The notes under the pieces were generated by a model. That model had not been told where the DNA came from, did no database searches, and saw only the letters and a list, made by a program, of their open reading frames with translations. From contig OZ024743.1 in assembly GCA_964016885.1 (NCBI GenBank), forward strand, positions 155,806,001-155,870,000: DNA of 64,000 nucleotides, given 5' to 3'. Position 1 is the first letter of the stretch. Each line of letters begins with the position of its first letter. The position numbers and the translations under genes were made by a program. Source of the stretch: Eledone cirrhosa (lineage: Eukaryota). Of the stretch, positions 27,801 to 39,188 are shown piece after piece.

Positions 27801-28249
27801 CAGCGTGCATCTAAGATCCCGTTCCAGTCGCCCACTAACACTAAAGAGCGGGACGTTCCAAGAAAGGTCTCCAGACGCCGGAAGAAATCAGGCCGCCCTG
27901 CTCCTGTCGGGGCATAGACGGCCACTAACCTGAAAGCTTGCCCGTCTCCGCTGGTCACGTCCAGCACCACCAACTTACCTTCTGGGTCCAGGAAGATGGC
28001 CCGTATGGCAAGATCCAAACCTCTCCGAAAAAGCACAGCAACTCCTCCCCCCGATCCCGGACGGCTGGGAGATGCGTACACATCGTAGCCGCCGAAGATC
28101 GGTGCGAAAGCCTGTGCTTCGGAGATTCTGGTCTCGCTGATGGCCACTACATCTATGTTTAGTGACCTGAGGTCGTTGAGCAGGTGGCTCTGCTTCCATG
28201 ACGACCCCAAGCCACGCGCATTTATGCTGCCTATTCTGAGTGAGGTCAT
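24840..28249 (-). pseudogene. Tx1-type ORF2, frameshifted
   Basis: Fragments 27461-28249 (APE), 26932-27441, 26609-27166, 25961-26563 (RT), 25151-25954, 24840-25187. Confidence 0.9.
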
Positions 28250-28283
28250 GTTGAAAAGGAGTGGAAAAGATGGGAAAGACCAC

Positions 28284-30268
28284 TTACCTTACTTCTCGTA
28301 GGGGAAGGACGGCTTTTCCATCCTTTTCACTGCTTGTGGCCTCCTCAGGAAGGATGTCCTTATAAATCCTCCTGGAATGTGCTTGTCGGAAGTCTCCGAT
28401 GTCTTAGGGGAATTTTTGTTTTAGTGTCATGTACGTTTTCTGTGTGATGCGAGTGTTTTGTATGTGTGGAGGTGGTGTGAATTTTGGGGTTGTTGTGTAG
28501 TCTTTTTCTGTGATGCTGGTGTTGTGTTGGATGTAGTGTAATAATTGCTTGTTGTTCAAATTTAATGCTGTGTAGTGTGTATCGTTTTGGTTGTTTTGTT
28601 TTGTTTGCGTTTGTTGTGGGTTTGTTTCTGTTTCGCATTTTGGTGACTTTTGTGGTGTAGGTGATGGTGGTGCTGGGGATAATGATGGTGATGGTGTTGG
28701 TATTTGGGTTGATGGGGTTGGTGATGCTGGTGTGGATGGTGGCATATCTGTCCTAACTTTTTTGTTTCTTAGTTTATTTGTTTCCCTCTGTATTTTGTTT
28801 TTGGAGGGGGAAGGAAGAGAATTTTTTCTTTTTTGGTTTCTTTTTTTTTTCCGGATATCGTTTCCCACTCCTCGTCGTCACAATCTGTCTCCAGTTGTGA
28901 TAGGCCGGGGAGTGGAAAATCCTCCACAGCCGTTAGTTTTGGTTGTGGTGTGGTGGATGGTGTAGGCGCTGGTGCTAGTTCTGAAGCGTTGGGTGGTGGT
29001 GGTGTTGGTTTTGCTGGTGGTGGTAGTGGTGTTGGTTTTGCTACTGTTGCTGGGGTTGTTGCTGTTATAGTTGCTTCTGTTGTTGCTGCTACAGTTGTTG
29101 CTGCCATCTCTGCTACTGGTGGTGTTGATGGTTGTGTCACTGGGGTGGGTAGGAGAGGTGGCCTCAACCTTTTAGCCTGAGGGCAGAAAGCCCTTAGGTG
29201 GGTTCCTTCACCACAAACGACACACCTAGGTCTTCTGCCCTCGACAATTACCGTGAGGTGGCTGCCGTCAGTGAGGTCTATTACCTCTGGGATCTCCTCA
29301 ATGCTTTTTTGGTCCGCTTGGATCAGGAGCTCCATCCCAGATCCGGACCAGTTTTCCTGCTTTTCTTTTGCTACTGCTATTATTTTCGTGTTGGCTTCGA
29401 TGCCGGCGAGGACAGCCGCTATTAGCCAGGGAATTTCGATGGCCGGTGGAACGTGGGTCACCCTGATCTTTACGAGTCTCTGGCCACAATAGCTTGGGAC
29501 GAGTGTGAAGTCGTCACTTTTTAATGGGGCCATGAAGTGTTATCTAGCCTCCTCTGGTGTTTCAAAGAACACATCCACGGTTCCATACTTTTGCCCACTT
29601 CTGATGTGGGTTTTTCTTGCCCACACATGTCCCAAAGCTTTTTGGATTTGGGACTCGGATGCCCGTTCCACTCGGCGCGATTTTACATTTATTGTTCTAT
29701 ACGACACGGTGCACAGGCGCCGATGCTCCATTTTATTAGGTGGGGGGGTGAGGCTGACCCTGTACCCATCTTTCTTTACCATTTGTTTGGCATTTTCTAA
29801 ATCTTCTTGAGTTACCGTGAACGCTTCGAATTGTTTTGCTACGATGGCGAAACTGAGGGTCGGTTTTATAATGTAATTGTTGTTGTTGTTGCTATCGTTA
29901 ATATTAATTTTATTTTCAGTTGTGGTGGTGGTGACGTCAGTCGTCTTTGGTGGGGAAGAGTCCATTTTGCTTGATTTCATTTCGACGTCACGAGTTAATT
30001 TATTTTTTTCTTCTTTTGTTTCTGTTGTCGCGGTGGTGGTGGTGGTGGTGGTTGTCGCGATGGTGGTGGTGGTGGAGGGTTTAACACCTGCAGTCATTGG
30101 TAATGGCGGGAAAAGAATGTCTGCCTGAGACAAAATTAAAATATTGCTACTGCTTATATTTTTTTTTGTGTTGGCAAACGTAGTAACATTTACAATGGTG
30201 GTGTCGGTGTGAGGTGTTATTTTGTGAGGAAGTCTTTCAGCTGCTTCGTGCAGAGGGGAATTGGCCAT
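28284..30268 (-). pseudogene. Tx1-type ORF1, interrupted
   Basis: Fragments 29540-30268, 28769-29533 (EGRRPRCVVCGEGTHLRAFC), 28404-28868. Confidence 0.82.
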
Positions 30269-30478
30269 TTTTTTTTCAAAGAAATTTTTGGATAATAATA
30301 AAAGTTAAAATTTTGGGCACAAGTACCCAATCTTTTTGGGTGTCCTTTTCGGAAAACAATGTATGTGTGCTTATAAACAGTTTACAATAAAATTTTCCAT
30401 AAATGGCAATTTTTAAACAAACGGAAATAACAAACATTTGCGGAGCTCACGATGATACGATTTACTACGTAGGTCGCC

Positions 30479-30528
<50 letters not shown>

Positions 30529-30529
<1 letters not shown>

Positions 30530-33500
30530 GACCCCTCTAGTCTTCGTTGACACTCGTTCTAGAAGTGGTAACACGAAAAGATTACCCCTTGGCGGATAAG
30601 GATAAAACGCGACAAAATAAAGTAGATGTCTAATGATGAAATCTCATACCGGATCGGCCGTCACCCGGGTAAAAAAGGGCCGCGTCCCCCAGAGAGGAAC
30701 CAGACTGGGGTCGAAAAATCAGCTAATGGTTCAAACCTTCCCATCACTTCGGAGCTGGAGACCTCCCATAACCGGAATACTCCTACTGTTGGCCCTCCAT
30801 GCTCACCACCAAGAAATCCAAAGAAAAAGAGAGAAAAATGGTCAAGGGAAGATAATAAAGAAGTCCTTGAGGCTTTCTACACTGCCATGTACTACCCATC
30901 AAATACATCGAATACAGAGCAAACATATATCAACTGGAAAAAGAAACATCCCGAAAACAGAGGCTATATTGACAGTAACAAACTAGCCAATATACGAAGA
31001 AATATTGTAAGAAAAAAGTTACTATCTGATATAGAAATTGATCAGATCAAACTAGTAGCACAAAGTCAGCGAAGGGAAAATGAAGCATGTGTCAGTGAAA
31101 ACGAGGTAAACTGTAACACTTCGAATCCCAGAGTTGGGGCGGAATCACTGGCAACAGAACAAATTAAAGAAAGGAGCGAAAAAGTGGAGGGAGTGCATGC
31201 TCAGGATGAAACTCCAAATGAAAATAATGAGATCGTAAATGATAAAGAAATGAATGAGAATGAACTTGCCAACTTGAAGGATGAAATTATGATCGAATGG
31301 ATGAAAATGAAAGAATCTGACATGGGGGAACGAGACACCCTCCCTAAGATCCAGAACTCCAAACAGAACCAAAAGATAATACACACGACTAACATAATTC
31401 TCAAAAACATTATCATCACAAACAAACTAAACATTACTGACTTAAATCATCTCTATTATGCATCGGCTAAAGTCACCACTCACTTATGTGGAGTGAAGAT
31501 GAAAAAACAAAGGAATTCCCACAAGAAATCTACTTGGCAAGATAACATCAATCGCCAAATAAACCTTCTCCGATCTGACATAGAAATTTTAACAAACTAT
31601 AAAGTAGGTGAACATGTTAAACAAACTAAACTTAGAAAATTGAAAAAAAAGTACAGTATAAGATCAACATGTGACATAGACATGCTGATAGAAACAATCA
31701 AGCAAAAAGTGTCGGCCAAAGCTGCTCGTATAAGGCGCTTTGAAAAACGATCTAGATTCTATAAGGACAATAATATGTTCAAAAACAACCAAAGAAACTT
31801 CTACAGAAAAATTGGTAAGTCAACAATAACTGCTAAATCAATACCACCCAAGGAGGAAGTGCAAGAATTCTGGGAAAAGATCTGGGCCGAAGAACAAGTT
31901 CATAACATACATGCCCCATGGATAGACAGACAAATGAAAGAAACAGCTCACCTTGAAGAACAAACATGGGAAAATATAACAGTTGAACAGCTGCGCTTGG
32001 CTCTGAGAAAAACCAGCAAATGGAAATCCCCAGGAAAAGACAAAATACAAAACTTTTGGATAAATGCCTTCACAGAGTCTCATGAGCTGTTAGCCCAACT
32101 TTACAATGAAATAGTTAAGGAGCCAGAAAAGATACCATCATGGCTAGTTAACGGCATTACATTCCTGCTACCGAAGAATGATGAGACAAACAATCCCAAA
32201 AATTACAGTCCGATAACCTGCTTGACCACAATGTATAAAATTTTAACATCAGTCCTAACTGAATACACATATGACCACCTGATAACAAATGACCTATTTC
32301 CCATTGAGCAGAAAGGGTGTAAACGAGGCTCATATGGCTGTAAGGATCAGCTTCTGGTTAACAAAATGATACTGGAAGATTGTCATAATAGACACAAAAA
32401 TCTATCGATTGCTTGGATAGATTATAAAAAAGCATTTGATAGTTTGCCACACAGTTGGATTGAAAAATGTTTAGAGATTTTCAAAATATCCCCCGTTGTC
32501 AGGAGGTTTTTGTCATTCAGTATGAGGACATGGAGAACGACACTCCTTTTGAATAGTGAAACAAAATCACTGGAAGCTGGAGAAGTTAACATTAATTGTG
32601 GAATTTTTCAGGGTGACTCTTTATCACCGCTTTTATTCTGCATCGCACTTATACCATTAAGTAAAATGCTCAATGAAACAAAACATGGATATAGAGTCTA
32701 TGACAAAACCATTAATCACCTGTTCTACATGGATGACCTGAAACTATTTGCAAAAAATGGTGAACAATTGCAAGGGCTATTATCCACTCTGAAGCAGTTC
32801 AGTGATGACATTAAAATGGAGTTTGGACTGGATAAATGCGCCAAAGCAACGTTCACCAGAGGAAAGCTGCTGAAGAGTTCAGACATTAATCTTGATCGGG
32901 GGAACGTGATAAGAGAGCTTGATCAAGAACAAACTTACAAATATCTAGGTGTTTGTGAAGGAGACGGAATCAAGCACTCGACAATGAGGGAAAGGATAAG
33001 GAAGGAATGTTACCGCAGAGTCAGAGCAATCTTAAGAACGGAATTGAATGCAAGGAATAGGATCGATGCCATAAACACGCTTGCCATACCAGTAGTAACC
33101 TACAGTTACAATGTCATCAACTGGTCAAGCACAGAGATCCGTAGGCTCGATACAAAAATCCGAAAATTCTTAACCATGCACAGAATGCATCACCCTAAGG
33201 CAGACATAGATAGAATATATCTCCCTAGGAAAGAAGGAGGACGTGGGTTAATCCAGTTAGACATTGCGTTGAAAACTGCAACAATTGGATTATCCACATA
33301 TCTAAGGGAATCACATGATTGGATGATCAAACTCGTTTTGAAACACGAAAGCACCAAAAGATCATATTCCATTACAAAAGATGCACAAAGATACAGTAAT
33401 GGACTACAAATTTCAGAAGTCCCATTTACTGCTGAAATGGAAAACACAGAAAAAGCAAAGCAGGTAAAAGTAACTGCAAAGAAAGAACTGCTACAGAAAC

Positions 33501-34416
33501 TGGCTAAGAAATGGCAAGAAAAGCCTCTGTATGGAAAATACCCAGAGCGAGATAACAATCCTGATGTTGACAAAACTTTAACCCATCAGTGGTTGGCATC
33601 CTCTGGACTGAAATCGGAGACTGAAGGACTGATTATATCCGCACAAGATCAGTGTCTGCCAACAAAAAATTACCAAGCCAACATAATAAAAAATGGGTGC
33701 AGCCCATTATGCCGTGTATGCAAAAAACAACCAGAGACCATTGACCATATAATTTCAATGTGCAGTCCTATAGCTCCAACCGAATACCTAAACAGGCATG
33801 ACAGAGCTGCACAATACATACATTGGATAATGTGTAAGCATTTTGACCTGCCCCATCAAAAGAATTGGTGGGAGCATCAACCACCTCCCATACTTGAAAA
33901 AGATCACATCTCAATCTTGTGGAACTTTAGCATCCAAACAGACCGAAAAATAGATGCAAATAGACCTGATATAATATTGAAGGACTTTCAAAGGAGGGTA
34001 TGCCTGCTAATTGATATGTCTGTTCCAATAGACAAGAATGTATCTATAAAAACATTTGAAAAATTGAGCAAGTATAAGGACCTGGAGATAGAAATTGGAA
34101 AAATGTGGAAATTGAGAACTAAAACAATACCAGTGGTTGTAGGCGCTCTGGGAATGATACCTAAGGGGTCTAACGACTACTTATCGCAAATCCCAGGAAA
34201 CCCGCGTATAGGAGAAATACAAAAGATAGTACTAATGGGAACTGCCCATATACTAAGGAAGATCCTGTCAATATAAGTACATCACAAGTCTAAACACTAA
34301 GGATGCATGTGTGAATATGTGTGTTCTTTCTTGAACATGGCGGACCTTGTTGTCTCTTGAGGTCACTGGTTGTGACTTGGTGATAACTCGTATAAACATA
34401 AAGCAAGATAAATGCA
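30529..34416 (+). mobile_element. R4/Dong-type RLE non-LTR retrotransposon, family b, intact full-length copy
   Basis: 97-nt 5' UTR, single ORF, 140-nt 3' UTR, (TAA)n on both sides. Confidence 0.94.
30626..34276 (+). CDS. 1216-aa retrotransposon protein: Myb-like N-terminus, reverse transcriptase, CCHC knuckle, PD-(D/E)xK restriction-like endonuclease
   Basis: [88 protein letters not shown]; no stops. Confidence 0.95.
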   Translation: MSNDEISYRIGRHPGKKGPRPPERNQTGVEKSANGSNLPITSELETSHNRNTPTVGPPCSPPRNPKKKREKWSREDNKEVLEAFYTAMYYPSNTSNTEQTYINWKKKHPENRGYIDSNKLANIRRNIVRKKLLSDIEIDQIKLVAQSQRRENEACVSENEVNCNTSNPRVGAESLATEQIKERSEKVEGVHAQDETPNENNEIVNDKEMNENELANLKDEIMIEWMKMKESDMGERDTLPKIQNSKQNQKIIHTTNIILKNIIITNKLNITDLNHLYYASAKVTTHLCGVKMKKQRNSHKKSTWQDNINRQINLLRSDIEILTNYKVGEHVKQTKLRKLKKKYSIRSTCDIDMLIETIKQKVSAKAARIRRFEKRSRFYKDNNMFKNNQRNFYRKIGKSTITAKSIPPKEEVQEFWEKIWAEEQVHNIHAPWIDRQMKETAHLEEQTWENITVEQLRLALRKTSKWKSPGKDKIQNFWINAFTESHELLAQLYNEIVKEPEKIPSWLVNGITFLLPKNDETNNPKNYSPITCLTTMYKILTSVLTEYTYDHLITNDLFPIEQKGCKRGSYGCKDQLLVNKMILEDCHNRHKNLSIAWIDYKKAFDSLPHSWIEKCLEIFKISPVVRRFLSFSMRTWRTTLLLNSETKSLEAGEVNINCGIFQGDSLSPLLFCIALIPLSKMLNETKHGYRVYDKTINHLFYMDDLKLFAKNGEQLQGLLSTLKQFSDDIKMEFGLDKCAKATFTRGKLLKSSDINLDRGNVIRELDQEQTYKYLGVCEGDGIKHSTMRERIRKECYRRVRAILRTELNARNRIDAINTLAIPVVTYSYNVINWSSTEIRRLDTKIRKFLTMHRMHHPKADIDRIYLPRKEGGRGLIQLDIALKTATIGLSTYLRESHDWMIKLVLKHESTKRSYSITKDAQRYSNGLQISEVPFTAEMENTEKAKQVKVTAKKELLQKLAKKWQEKPLYGKYPERDNNPDVDKTLTHQWLASSGLKSETEGLIISAQDQCLPTKNYQANIIKNGCSPLCRVCKKQPETIDHIISMCSPIAPTEYLNRHDRAAQYIHWIMCKHFDLPHQKNWWEHQPPPILEKDHISILWNFSIQTDRKIDANRPDIILKDFQRRVCLLIDMSVPIDKNVSIKTFEKLSKYKDLEIEIGKMWKLRTKTIPVVVGALGMIPKGSNDYLSQIPGNPRIGEIQKIVLMGTAHILRKILSI

Positions 34417-34453
<37 letters not shown>

Positions 34454-34457
<4 letters not shown>

Positions 34458-37400
34458 GTTTGAATAACAGTTCGAATAAACAGTTCGAATAACGGTGAAA
34501 TGGAGACTAGAACGTCATGTGACAGACTCTCACCCAGCAGGTGCTCCCTGGCTCAGCAGCAGGAACTTGGCTGTCAACCAAATACTGCTGGTTCGGAGGA
34601 AGAAGAAGAAGGAAAGGGACCAGAACCAACTGGACGAAAGAATTGAATAGAACTGTTATGCAATGTTACCTGAAAAGTAACCCCAAGGAGAGGGGCTATA
34701 GGAGACGGATGCATAACATCTGGAACGAGATTGGTCTATTTAAATTAGATGAACAAATATTGGCCGGGCAGGCTCGGGTAATAAGAACTAATGGGTGGAT
34801 AAGCGAGCTGGAACTGCAGGAACTGAGCAGATAGATTAGCTTGGAGATGGAGGGTGGAGTATGCCAGGCAAACGAGTCAGTGGGAAATGAAGGTGAAGAG
34901 GTCGAGAGAACGGAGGAACCACCCGAAGCAGACAATGATCTGTATACTGAGATAAATAATACCTGGAACAGAGATACGGCCACTGAGGAGATGAATGCTG
35001 ACGGGTTAGGACAAGATTCGGTTGACATCCTAAATTTAGTAGTAGATGAATTGAACAATGATAGTGGGAGACCTATGAACCTAAGATTTGTAGACAGGAA
35101 AAAGTTAAAAGAAACAACAGCTAAGGTAAACAAAGTCATCCCATACCCTGAGGCGAGGAGCCTTCACCAGTGCAACAATATCCTCAAAGCAACAGCAAAT
35201 ACGGTGAGGAAACTACTTGGTATAAAAGCGAGAGGAAACAACAGACAAGAAAGAGCAGAGCCTTGGTGTAAGAAATGACTGAGTGGTCAAATCAGGGAGA
35301 TGAGAAATGATATTGGAAAGCTTGAGTCACTACTGAATGGGACACTAAAAAACATAGGCACTAAAAATAGACTGGAAATAAAATACAAAACTAGGAGTAA
35401 AAAGCTAAATATTATCATAGAGGAATTGAAGCAACGCATTGTAGTAAAGAGTGCAAAAATCAGGCGATACGAGAACAGAGTCAGTCAGTATAAACAGAAC
35501 CGCATGTTCGACAACAACCAGAAGATGCTGTTTGGACAGCTTGAGGGGAAAGAAAGAGGCAACAACTTGATCCCTGGGGCGGAACAAACTAAAACATTCT
35601 GGAGAGGAATATGGGAGCAGGATGTTAAACATAATGAACAGGCAGGGTGAATTGAAACAGTACAGAGGGAGATCGGTGAGCAGGCACACCAACAAACTGA
35701 TTTGAGTATCACAGTTGAAACTCTTAAGGGGCAGGCGAAAAAACTAACCAACTGGAAATCACCAGGCCCAGATGGTGTGCAGGGGTATTGGATTAAAAAT
35801 ATAACATCCCGCCACCCGAAACTGACAACCATGTTCAATGACTGCTTGATGTCAGGTGAGGTACCAGAGTGGTTGACAAAAGGTACCACAGTTCTGATAA
35901 TGAAAGACCGAATCAAGGGTAATGATGTTACCAACTATAGACCTATCACATGACTGTCCGTAATGTGGAAACTGTTGACGAGCATTGTGTCTGAGGAAAT
36001 CTACCATCACCTCCACACAAACAACTTGTTAGCGGACGAACAGAAAGGATGCCGAAAGAAGTCACGTGGTACAAAGGACCAGTTACTTATTGATAAGATG
36101 GTAATGGGGAATTGCAGGAGGAGACACACTAATCTTGCCATGGGATGGATAGACTACAGAAAGGCATTTGACATGGTGCCTCATTCCTGGATCACCAAAA
36201 GCCTGGAGATCTTCAGGGTGGCAGATAACATCAGACAGTTGTTGGGCAAGAGTATGAGGTCCTGGGAAACTGAGTTGACATCAACTGGAGAATCCTTGGG
36301 AAGCGTGAAGATCAAGAGAGGTATCTTCCAGGGAGATAGCCTGTCCTCTCTGTTGTTTGTCCTTGCCCTGATGCCCCTGACCAGTGTACTGCGAAAAGTG
36401 AGAGCAGGATACGGGTTGGGAAAGGGAGGGCTTACCATCAATCACCTCCTCTTCATGGACGATCTTAAGCTCTTCGGGAAGAGTGAGAAGGAGTTGGATA
36501 TGCTTGTTGACACTGTCCGTATTTTCAGCAGTGATATATGTATTCAGTTTGGTATTAGTAAGTGTGGAGTCATTGTGATGAGGAGGGGTAGGTTGAGCAG
36601 AAGTAACGGAAACCAGATACCAACAGGTGAGATGATAAAGGAAATTGACTCTGAGGAAGGATACAAGTATTTGGGCGTTCTGGAGGCTGATGGCATAAAG
36701 AACAAAAACATGAAGGAATTGTTAAGAACTGAATACATTCGGAGAGTAAGGAGCGTATTGAAGTCACATCTGAACAGCAGAATTGCCATAAGCACAGTAA
36801 ATTCCCGAGCTGTGTCTATCATTAGGTACAGTGCGGGAATTCTGAGATGGAATGTTGCTGAACAAAAAGAAATGGATAGGAAGACTAGGAAGCTATTGAC
36901 TATCTACAACATGTTCCAAAAGAGGAGTGATGTCGATAGATTCTACCTAAGGAGATCTGAGGGTGGAAGAGGTCTTATCAGCATAGAGGACTGTGTTCAG
37001 ATGGAGAAAAACAACCTACAAAAATACGTGACTGATAGTAAGGAGCCAATGCTCAGAACTGTACTGAAGGAGGGGACAATAGGCCAAGGGATGTCCAAGG
37101 AGTAAATAACATCAAGGAGAAAGAGCAGCCTTCGGGAAAAATTCCTTCATAGTACCTTCTTTGAGAAAACTGAATTTAGAGATCCACAGACATGGAACCG
37201 GTTGAGAAGAGGAGACCTTAAAAAGGCTACAGAAGGAATGTTAATGGCTGCGCAGGAGCAGGCCCTCAAAACGAAGTGGTTGAAACACCACATTTACAAG
37301 CAGGAGGCTAGCCCACTGTGCAGGATATGTGGAGAGAGAGAGGAGACTGTGGCTCACATTGTATCCGAGTGTTAACACCTAGCCCAGAACCACTATAAGG

Positions 37401-37964
37401 GCTGGAAACATGATATGATGGGCATGGTGATCCACTGGCACCTGTGCAAACTAAACAATTTACCACATTCTGAGAAATGGTATGAGCATAAGCCAGAGGC
37501 GGTGATGGAGAACGATCATGTGAAGGTGCTGTGGGATTTTAGGATACAGACGGACAAGAAACTGGAACACAATAGACCTGACCTGGTGGTTGTGGACAAA
37601 GAAAAAAGATCGTGTCTGATTGTGGATGTGGCCTGCCCATTCGACACGAGAGTGCAAGAGAAGCAGAGTGAGAAAATTAACCGATACCAGGACTTAAAGT
37701 GGGAGGTAAAAAGGATTTGGAACTGCCATGAAATCAAAGTGATCCCGATTGTCATATGCGCACTGGGGACTATCTCCAAAAGTTTCCAGGGATGGTTAAA
37801 GAAAATCGGCCCCTTCACGCTTTTTGGAACGCTTCAAAAGGCATGCTTGTTGGGAACAGTAAGAACCCTCCGATACGTCCTGAATATCTGAGGCTGCAGG
37901 TAGTGGATTGATATTCATTCCAACGGACTTTCTAGTTAACTAACACCAATGACTGAGATTCAAG

Positions 37965-37965
<1 letters not shown>
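34454..37965 (+). mobile_element. R4/Dong-type family a, copy D (truncated in 5' UTR, several stops)
   Basis: ORF fragments 34541-37891 tile the family-a protein and end LRYVLNI*; (TAA)n 37966-38030. Confidence 0.93.
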
Positions 37966-38031
<66 letters not shown>

Positions 38032-38197
38032 GGGAAGAAGACGCACGAGGTGACGGAGGTCATGAAATCGCTCCCGTAAGTTTTGAATTTTTAACATATT
38101 TAAATCATTTGTGAAATAACAACTGTTAGTACAAATGCTACGTAAAGCACCCGGCTTGAGCCCCAAAAAAATTCGGACCCAAAATATATTGTTATAA

Positions 38198-38840
38198 GGC
38201 TCAAATATTCAAATATTCAACTTTGTATTGTACACTGTATATCCGAAAAAAAATGGCTATAAATGGAAGAAGAAGAACCCCCCCCCCCCTCCTCTCCTCT
38301 GGCTACACTATATAGGACAGCTAAACTCACCAACACCAGAAACTAGATACACCACCCACCCCATCATCTGTGTACACTAAACACAACAGCATTTTCACCT
38401 TCACCGCCACCGCTCACTACGGCCATCATTACCACCACTATCCCATCACCGCCGCCACCACCCCTTGACTCCTTCACTGCTGCTGCCACCGCTACAGCAC
38501 CATCACTACAGTAATACGGCTCAAATATTCAAATATTCAACTTTGTATTGTACACTGTATATCCAAAAAAAAATAAAATGGCTATAAATGGAAGAAGAAG
38601 AACCCCCCCCCTCCTCTCCTCTGGCTACACTATATAGGACAGCTAAACTCACCAACACCAGAAACTAGATACACCACCCACCCCATCATATGTGTACACT
38701 AAACACAACAGCATTTTCACCTTCACCGCCACCGCTCACTACGGCCATCATTACCACCACTATCCCGTCACCGCCGCCACCACCCCTTGACTCCTTCACT
38801 GCTGCTGCCACCGCTACAGCACCATCACTACAGTAATACG
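38198..38840. repeat. Tandem duplication of a ~320-bp C-rich non-coding unit
   Basis: ggctcaaatattcaaatattcaac starts at 38198 and again at 38518, near-identical throughout. Confidence 0.92.
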
Positions 38841-39188
38841 GTCGCATCACCGCCACCACTGCCTCGGTATCGACATCACCACCACCACTGTCTCAGTATC
38901 GCCAACGCCGCCAGTCTCTGCTGGCTACCACTTCCACATTATAGAATTCCTACTACTAACAAAGAGGAAGGCATCAAAATATATAGATAGACTCAAAAGA
39001 AAAAAGAAAAAACAAACAACAAAAGCAGCACAGCAACAACAGTAAAAAACGAGAAAAACAGAGAAAAACAAAAACAAAAAAAGAAACCCCAAAAACGTAA
39101 AGAAAATAAGAATGAAGAGAGAAGCAGGCGGACGGACAGTGAAGAGGGGGGGGAAAGTAAAACTTAAAAAACAAAAACTAAGTCAGAC

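Larger units (their letters stand above)
24596..30478 (-). mobile_element. Tx1-clade non-LTR retrotransposon, copy 2, full length
   Basis: ORF2 closely similar to copy 1 (MTSLRIGSINARGL, SYTDHK, AYADD); divergent ORF1; (TAA)n at 24536-24595 and 30479-30528. Confidence 0.92.
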
